Of a stretch of DNA of 11,157 bases, positions 5,742-11,157 are shown piece after piece. How positions within the stretch are numbered: the first letter of the stretch is position 1; each line of letters opens with the position of its first letter. Source of the DNA: an uncultured bacterium (GTDB taxonomy: Bacteria > Schekmanbacteria > GWA2-38-11 > J061); the NCBI GenBank assembly GCA_964549305.1, contig CAZJVM010000077.1:1-11157 (forward strand). The letters are read 5' to 3'. The notes beneath the pieces are model-generated. The model saw only the letters and a list, made by a program, of their open reading frames with translations, did not search any database and was not told the origin of the DNA. A program made the translations under genes and the position numbers.

Positions 5742-8288
5742 ATGAAGAAATTTTTCGCATATTCAAGCATCGCGGCTTTTTTATTAATCGTTATTGCCTT
5801 ATTGATTAATATTAATCCCCAGTGGAAGCATTATCAGAAGGAGTACAAAAAAATTGCAGCAGAAAAAATAAATGACAAGGAAATACTCGAACTCATCCTC
5901 GACAAGAATATTTCTCTTCAGCAAAATTTTGTCAAATCATTCGGAAAGAAAGACCGCTGTATTGCGTGCCATCTTGGAATCGAAAATCCCTATATGGCAG
6001 ATGTTGAACAGCCATTCACGAAACATCCTGGAAACATCCTTGATATCCATCCGGCGGAAAAATACGGCTGTACCATTTGTCACGAAGGGCAGGGGGTAGC
6101 CACGAATACGGAAGATGCTCACGGCATAGGAACACCTTATGTTGAACGGCCTATGCTCACAGGTCCCTTCATTCAGTCGTCGTGTATGAAATGCCACAGG
6201 GATGTTGACTCAATAGGTACGGAAATGCTTTCCCGCGGGAGAATGCTTTTCAGAGAGAATGGTTGTCAGAATTGCCACAGGGTAAAAGGGAAGGGCGGGA
6301 ATCGCGGTCCCGAACTTACATATATATCCGATGCGAGCATTTATATTAAGCATTCCACAGAAAATAACCTTCACGAATATCTTAAAAAGTTCAGTGAAAA
6401 TTATAATATTGCCTTCATCTTCGAATCTGTACTTCAACCGAAAGCACAACCGGAAAATTCGGCAATGGTTGATTTCAAACTTAATGAAGAGGACGCTCGT
6501 GCAATCACAGTTTATCTGAAGGGACTTACGGCGGAAGATGTTCCTGCGTCTTTCATCCCGGAAGAAAATGTTGAAAAACAGACGGGCAGAGAACTTTTTA
6601 TGCAGTACTGTTCTGTGTGCCACGGCAAAAAAGGCGAAGGCACGCGCCTTCCTGAACTTGGCGGAAAAATTGGTCCCGCAATCGGGAATCAGCAGTTTCT
6701 CGCAATCGCGGATACTGCTCTTCTGAAATATATAATTACAAATTCAAAGGGCGGTCCTATGCCCGCATGGGGGACAACGGGAGGACTTGATGAGAGCGAG
6801 ATAAACAAAATTGTCGCTTATGTTAAAAACTTTCGCACGCCTCCCCCGTCTTACAAAGAAGTAGCGGAAGCAGACGGAAACACCGCGTTCGGTGAAATGA
6901 TATTTATGGCAAACTGTTCCGGTTGCCACGGCATAGACGGTAAACACGAAACTGACCTCATAGGTCCCACTCTCAACAATCCCCAGCTTTTATCAATGGC
7001 GACGAAGAGATTCTGGTATGACACACTTACACAGGGAAGGGAAGGAACAGCAATGCCTTCGTGGAATTTTCTTGGCACCCGTCAGATTGCCGATGTTATA
7101 AGTTATCTTGAAAGCTGGAAACCGAAAAAACGTTATGTTTCCACTGCCCTTGCGACTTCCGGTTCTTCTTCCCGCGGCGGAAAATCATTTAGAATGTATT
7201 GTGCCGGATGTCACGGCAAATCCGCCGAAGGCGTAATAGGACCAAGTCTTCGCGCGCCTGAATTTTTGAGGATTGCGGGTTCACGCTTCCTTTATAGAAC
7301 CATTGTTGAAGGACGCGCTGAAACGGCTATGCCTTCATTCAGATATCTTCCTTCGCGGATAGTTGCGGACATAGTCGCGTATATTAAATCATTATACAAA
7401 GGGCCTGAAAAAAACTTGCCCTACATAAGAGTAAGAGGTTCGGAATATAACGGTGAGAATATTTTCAGCCGTATCTGCGCGCAGTGCCACGGCATTAAGG
7501 GTCAGGGCGGGATAGGTCCCGCAATCGGGAGAAAAGGATTCCTTGGGCAGGTTTCAGATTCTTTCCTCAGAGAAATAATACGTTACGGGCGAAGCGGTAC
7601 GCAGATGAGGGCAAATCTCGCGGGGCATGGCGGTCTTGTTGAACTGTCAAGGCGCGATATAGATGACACCATTTCCTACATAAGAACTCTTGATAACAGC
7701 AATAACCTGAACCCTTCATACATAGAAGGTGATGCCCTGTTGGGAAAAGAGAGATTCAGACGCCTTTGCGGGCAGTGTCACGGACTTGAGGGTGAAGGCG
7801 GGATTGGACCTGCAATCGGCAAGACAGCATTTCTGAACGCTGTTAGTGACGGCTTTATTCAGGCAATGGTCACAAGAGGCAGGGACGGAACGGAAATGAG
7901 GCCATTTACCGAAACAGGTGACGGCATTGCGCGCCTTGATGAAAAAGAGCTTTCCAATATCATTGCCTATCTTCGTTCACATTCCCATGAAGTGGATGGA
8001 ATATCAAAGTCTCTCACAGGGACGCCTGTTTCAGGAAAAATGCTTTTTGAAAGGAATTGCGCGCAGTGCCACGGTTATGAAGGAATGGGAAGTTTTGCTC
8101 CGGAGCTTGGAACATCACAATTCCTGAAAGCCGCGTCAGACAGTTATCTGCAGGCGACAATGGCGCTTGGAAGACATCAGACATTAATGAAGCCAATGAT
8201 AAGAGGAGGCGCCGGTGTAGTGGAACTTACATCAAAGGAAGTGAATGACATTATATCGTACCTAAGGACTATACAGAGAGATTATTGA
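5742..8288 (+). CDS. Membrane-anchored decaheme cytochrome c with tandem class I (CcoP-like) domains
   Basis: N-terminal hydrophobic helix. Ten CxxCH motifs: CIACH, CTICH, CMKCH, CQNCH, CSVCH, CSGCH, CAGCH, CAQCH, CGQCH, CAQCH. The last seven sit in class I-type domains (G..LF...CxxCH..GP....M). Confidence 0.9.
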   Translation: MKKFFAYSSIAAFLLIVIALLININPQWKHYQKEYKKIAAEKINDKEILELILDKNISLQQNFVKSFGKKDRCIACHLGIENPYMADVEQPFTKHPGNILDIHPAEKYGCTICHEGQGVATNTEDAHGIGTPYVERPMLTGPFIQSSCMKCHRDVDSIGTEMLSRGRMLFRENGCQNCHRVKGKGGNRGPELTYISDASIYIKHSTENNLHEYLKKFSENYNIAFIFESVLQPKAQPENSAMVDFKLNEEDARAITVYLKGLTAEDVPASFIPEENVEKQTGRELFMQYCSVCHGKKGEGTRLPELGGKIGPAIGNQQFLAIADTALLKYIITNSKGGPMPAWGTTGGLDESEINKIVAYVKNFRTPPPSYKEVAEADGNTAFGEMIFMANCSGCHGIDGKHETDLIGPTLNNPQLLSMATKRFWYDTLTQGREGTAMPSWNFLGTRQIADVISYLESWKPKKRYVSTALATSGSSSRGGKSFRMYCAGCHGKSAEGVIGPSLRAPEFLRIAGSRFLYRTIVEGRAETAMPSFRYLPSRIVADIVAYIKSLYKGPEKNLPYIRVRGSEYNGENIFSRICAQCHGIKGQGGIGPAIGRKGFLGQVSDSFLREIIRYGRSGTQMRANLAGHGGLVELSRRDIDDTISYIRTLDNSNNLNPSYIEGDALLGKERFRRLCGQCHGLEGEGGIGPAIGKTAFLNAVSDGFIQAMVTRGRDGTEMRPFTETGDGIARLDEKELSNIIAYLRSHSHEVDGISKSLTGTPVSGKMLFERNCAQCHGYEGMGSFAPELGTSQFLKAASDSYLQATMALGRHQTLMKPMIRGGAGVVELTSKEVNDIISYLRTIQRDY
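6582..8270 (+). repeat. Six tandem ~92-102 aa monoheme cytochrome c domains (intragenic repeat)
   Basis: CxxCH motifs start at 6609, 6915, 7200, 7476, 7767 and 8058. The shared pattern is CxxCHG..G.G.IGP.(I/L)...FL......L...I..GR..T.M. Exact DNA repeats: GGTCCCGCAATCGGGA (6672, 7515) and TGCGCGCAGTGCCACGG (7476, 8058). Confidence 0.85.
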
Positions 8289-8335
8289 GAATAATTTTTT
8301 TGAAAATATTTCCATAAATTTACGGGAGATTTGAG

Positions 8336-11005
8336 ATGGGAAAAAAAGGTAACGTAACACGCAGAAATTTTTTGAAATGCACCGCGGCGGGAACAATAGG
8401 TGCAGGCCTTGGGCTTGACGGAATGTTGTTTGCTCCGGATAAAGTGCTTGCCGAAGAAATGGGAGCCAGAGGTCTTATTGAAAAAATATCCCAGTGTCCG
8501 TACTGCGGTGTCGGTTGCGGAACTGTCATAAAAGCAGATCCCAAAACAGGAAAAATTGTGGGAGTCGTTCCTGATAAACAGCATCCCACAAACCGCGGTG
8601 TGCAGTGCATAAAGGGACTAAATGCTGATGAACCGACATATGTTGACAGGTTGACCAAAGTTCTCATCAGAAAAGATATGTCCGACCCTGAAAAGGGGTA
8701 TGAGTCGCAGACAAAGGGGAGTTTTGATGATGATGTGTGGAGGGAGGCAACCTACGAGGAAGCGGAAAAGCTTGTGTCTGAAAAGGCAGGCGCTATTGTG
8801 AAAAAATACGGGGGCAACTCCGTAGGCCTTTACGGCTCCGGACAGCTTACCGTTGAAGCACAATGGATGGAAAACAAACTGGTTAAAGGAATCCTTCAGT
8901 CAAACTCCATTGAAGCTAACGCAAGGATGTGTATGACAAGCGCGGTTACGGCGTATTTTGCAACATTGGGTTCGGATACTCCTCCTCTCTGCTATGACGA
9001 CATTGAAATGAGCGATATGATAACCTTCTGGGGGCATAACCCCCGCGAATCTCACCCAATAGTTTTCTGGCGCGCCGCAGACCATAAGAAAAAGAACGGA
9101 ATACCCACATTGGTTTCCGACCCGAGGCGCACCGGAACCGTTCAGGCGCTTGAATCGGTTAATCCCAGAAACAGCCATCACTTCGCTTCTATAAACGGAG
9201 ATATATCCTGCCTGAATGCCATTGCTCACTGCCTTGTAACAGAGCATGAGCAGGTAATCGATTATAAGTTTTTAAAGGAAAATGTAACAGGGTGGCAGGA
9301 GTATATTGCTACGGTTAAAAAAGATTATGCCCCAGAAAAAGTTAAAGACAGGACAATGGTTGAGCCGGCGCTTATAAGAAAAATTGCTTCCGAATGGGCT
9401 GCCGCAACAATGAAGGGCAGAAGGCGCGGGACGGGTGGTGTCATTTCATTCTGGGGTATCGGCTATAACCAGCACATCCACGGTCAGCATAATGTAATCA
9501 GCATCATCAACCTCCACGCCCTGACAGGAAATATCGGCAGACCGGGCGCAGGCCCTTTTTCAATGACAGGACAGCCCAATGCAATGGGTGAACGGTTGAT
9601 GGGGGGATTGACAGGCAGACTTCCTTTTAATGAAGCGCTTGCAAATCAAAAACACCGCGAATGGATGAATGAAAGCTGGAATCTTCCAAAAGGACGGCTT
9701 GATAAGACAGCGGGAGAAAAAAATCCCGGAATGATGATTGGACTTTTCGAGAGGGCGATGAAGGGGGATGTGAAAATGATGTTTTATATGTACACAACCC
9801 ATGTACATCAGCCCGACCTCAATACGCTTATAAGACCCGCGCTGAAGAAGCTTTTTGTTGTTACTCAGGATATTTACAGGCACGCCCCGAATCTTCTTTA
9901 TTCAGATGTTGTTTTCCCCGCGATGACCTGGGGAGAATGGCAGGGCGGAACATATATAAGCTCAGAGAGAAGATTTGATATTTGTGACGGAGTGGGCAAA
10001 ACCGCTGACGGTATTGAAGGATGCCTTCCTGATCTTGATATGGCGATTGACAAGGGTAAAAACATTGCAAAACTTCTCGGTCTGGACGGCGAGAAAATCT
10101 TTCCATACAAGAAAAGGAAATTTCATCCCACGGGAACAGAACTTTATGACGCAGAGGAAGTTTTTGAAGAAATCGTCAAGGCATCAAAGGGAACAGACTG
10201 CGACCTGACAGGTATGCTTGAAGTGAGGAAAAAGGACGGAACGGGTTTATATGACCAGATCAGGATGCACCGCGGTATTCAGTGGCCTGCTCCAAATTAT
10301 GAAATTGCGAAGGCAGGCGGGACAAAGAGACGCTATATGGGGCAGGAAGAAGGCTGGACAAAGAAACCCTATGGCGCGTTCAGGCACAGCGACGGGAAAC
10401 TTCATATAAAGACGTGCAAGCAGGATTATTCCCGGAGAAAAGCAATGTCAAAGGAGCTTAATAAATTCGGCACGCAAAAAGGTTTTTACACCATTGACCA
10501 TATGGACATCCTCAAGAAGGCGCGCGATATGGCGCTTACTCCTGAATTGCCTGATTTTGAATACAAGGGAAGAAAATGGGATAAGGTTCCAAAGAATAAG
10601 TATCCCTTCTGGCTTGGGCTTGGGATTGTTTATGAACATTTCCATACGGCAAAGACAATTCGCGGAGCAACAACAAGACGTCTTGTTCCTGAACAGTATG
10701 TTGAGATGCATCCTGAAGATGCAAAGGAAAACGGTCTTCATGACGGAGATAAGATACGCGTTACTACAAGAAGAGGGTCTTATGAAGGAAGGGTGAGTGT
10801 GGGTGGAATCAGAAGCAAGGTAAAACCTGCAAGAACCGAAGTGCCGAAAGGTTACATCTTCTCACCGTGGAATCTTTCAGTTGCAGACTCGGCAGACCCT
10901 AAAAAGAATAAATGGCTTGTTAACGCAGTTTCCCACAGGGCTTATGATCCTGTTTCAGGGCAGGCGGATTTTAAAAAGCTTGCGGCAAGAATAGAAAAGA
11001 TTTGA
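8336..11005 (+). CDS. napA: Tat-exported Mo-bisPGD nitrate reductase catalytic subunit (NapA/NasA/NarB clade), divergent
   Basis: Tat signal TRRNFLK...VLA/EE. [4Fe-4S] motif CPYCGVGC...CIKG. YGSGQ, Mo-ligand motif NARMCMTSAV (Cys-Met, typical of nitrate reductases, not the Cys/Sec-His of FDH), WGHNPRESHP, LTGNIGRPGAGPFSMTGQPNAMG and EHFHT. C-terminal VEMHPEDA...DPVSGQADFK. Confidence 0.8.
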   Translation: MGKKGNVTRRNFLKCTAAGTIGAGLGLDGMLFAPDKVLAEEMGARGLIEKISQCPYCGVGCGTVIKADPKTGKIVGVVPDKQHPTNRGVQCIKGLNADEPTYVDRLTKVLIRKDMSDPEKGYESQTKGSFDDDVWREATYEEAEKLVSEKAGAIVKKYGGNSVGLYGSGQLTVEAQWMENKLVKGILQSNSIEANARMCMTSAVTAYFATLGSDTPPLCYDDIEMSDMITFWGHNPRESHPIVFWRAADHKKKNGIPTLVSDPRRTGTVQALESVNPRNSHHFASINGDISCLNAIAHCLVTEHEQVIDYKFLKENVTGWQEYIATVKKDYAPEKVKDRTMVEPALIRKIASEWAAATMKGRRRGTGGVISFWGIGYNQHIHGQHNVISIINLHALTGNIGRPGAGPFSMTGQPNAMGERLMGGLTGRLPFNEALANQKHREWMNESWNLPKGRLDKTAGEKNPGMMIGLFERAMKGDVKMMFYMYTTHVHQPDLNTLIRPALKKLFVVTQDIYRHAPNLLYSDVVFPAMTWGEWQGGTYISSERRFDICDGVGKTADGIEGCLPDLDMAIDKGKNIAKLLGLDGEKIFPYKKRKFHPTGTELYDAEEVFEEIVKASKGTDCDLTGMLEVRKKDGTGLYDQIRMHRGIQWPAPNYEIAKAGGTKRRYMGQEEGWTKKPYGAFRHSDGKLHIKTCKQDYSRRKAMSKELNKFGTQKGFYTIDHMDILKKARDMALTPELPDFEYKGRKWDKVPKNKYPFWLGLGIVYEHFHTAKTIRGATTRRLVPEQYVEMHPEDAKENGLHDGDKIRVTTRRGSYEGRVSVGGIRSKVKPARTEVPKGYIFSPWNLSVADSADPKKNKWLVNAVSHRAYDPVSGQADFKKLAARIEKI

Positions 11006-11055
11006 TAAGCATATATGCGGTTGTTTAATTAGAGTGTGTTTTTTGAAGATAAATT

Positions 11056-11093
11056 TCAGGGCAAGCCTTTTATAAGGATGCCCTGATTTTTTT
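11056..11093 (+). terminator. Rho-independent terminator
   Basis: Hairpin TCAGGGCA-AG-CCTT-(TTAT)-AAGG-A-TGCCCTGA immediately followed by T7, starting 50 nt after the last stop codon. Confidence 0.85.
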
Positions 11094-11157
11094 AGGTGAT
11101 GAATAAGGTAATTCTCCTTTACGGATATAGTGAGGCAATGCTTATTGTGCTAAAATG

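Noticed and set aside
5742-8288. cbb3 oxidase subunit CcoP, or MtrA-type decaheme
   Set aside because: There is no ccoNO or porin gene, and the hemes are widely spaced in class I domains rather than densely packed.
8289-8335. AT-rich gap with short AAATATTT palindrome before the Mo enzyme gene (internal promoter or terminator?)
   Set aside because: It is too short and AT-rich to be significant, and has no GC stem or clear -35/-10 pair.
258-10796. Numerous 60-144 aa alternative-frame and antisense ORFs in the supplied track
   Set aside because: All overlap long, motif-rich CDSs and show no recognisable motifs, so they are treated as shadow ORFs.
8336-11005. Formate dehydrogenase, or NarG/NxrA-type enzyme
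   Set aside because: The Mo ligand motif is Cys-Met rather than Cys/Sec-His, and the N-terminal cluster is CxxCxxxC rather than the HxxxCxxxC of NarG/NxrA. There is also no beta subunit gene.
1-11157. CRISPR arrays, IS elements, tRNA/rRNA, frameshifts, selenocysteine read-through
   Set aside because: None seen. All six CDSs are intact, with no in-frame stops.

Overview
The window holds one compact + strand operon of six genes (328-11005). It is preceded by a CRP/FNR-type palindrome and followed by an intrinsic terminator. Gene order: (1) Sec-exported octaheme HAO-family cytochrome c; (2) cytoplasmic GltD/NfnL-like FAD/NAD(P)/Fe-S oxidoreductase with a C-terminal 2x[4Fe-4S] ferredoxin domain; (3) Tat-exported Rieske protein; (4) fused cytochrome b6+subunit IV with an APWY Qo motif; (5) membrane-anchored decaheme cytochrome c containing tandem class I domains; (6) Tat-exported Mo-bisPGD nitrate-reductase-family catalytic subunit (NapA/NasA-like). 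No napB, napC, napD or napGH is present in the window. My inference is that this encodes a respiratory module coupling an anammox-style Rieske/cytochrome b complex (with NAD(P) flavoprotein and HAO-like partner) to periplasmic nitrate reduction and probably onward nitrite reduction. Protein family calls rest on visible motifs. Function, reaction direction and novelty are inferred and untested.
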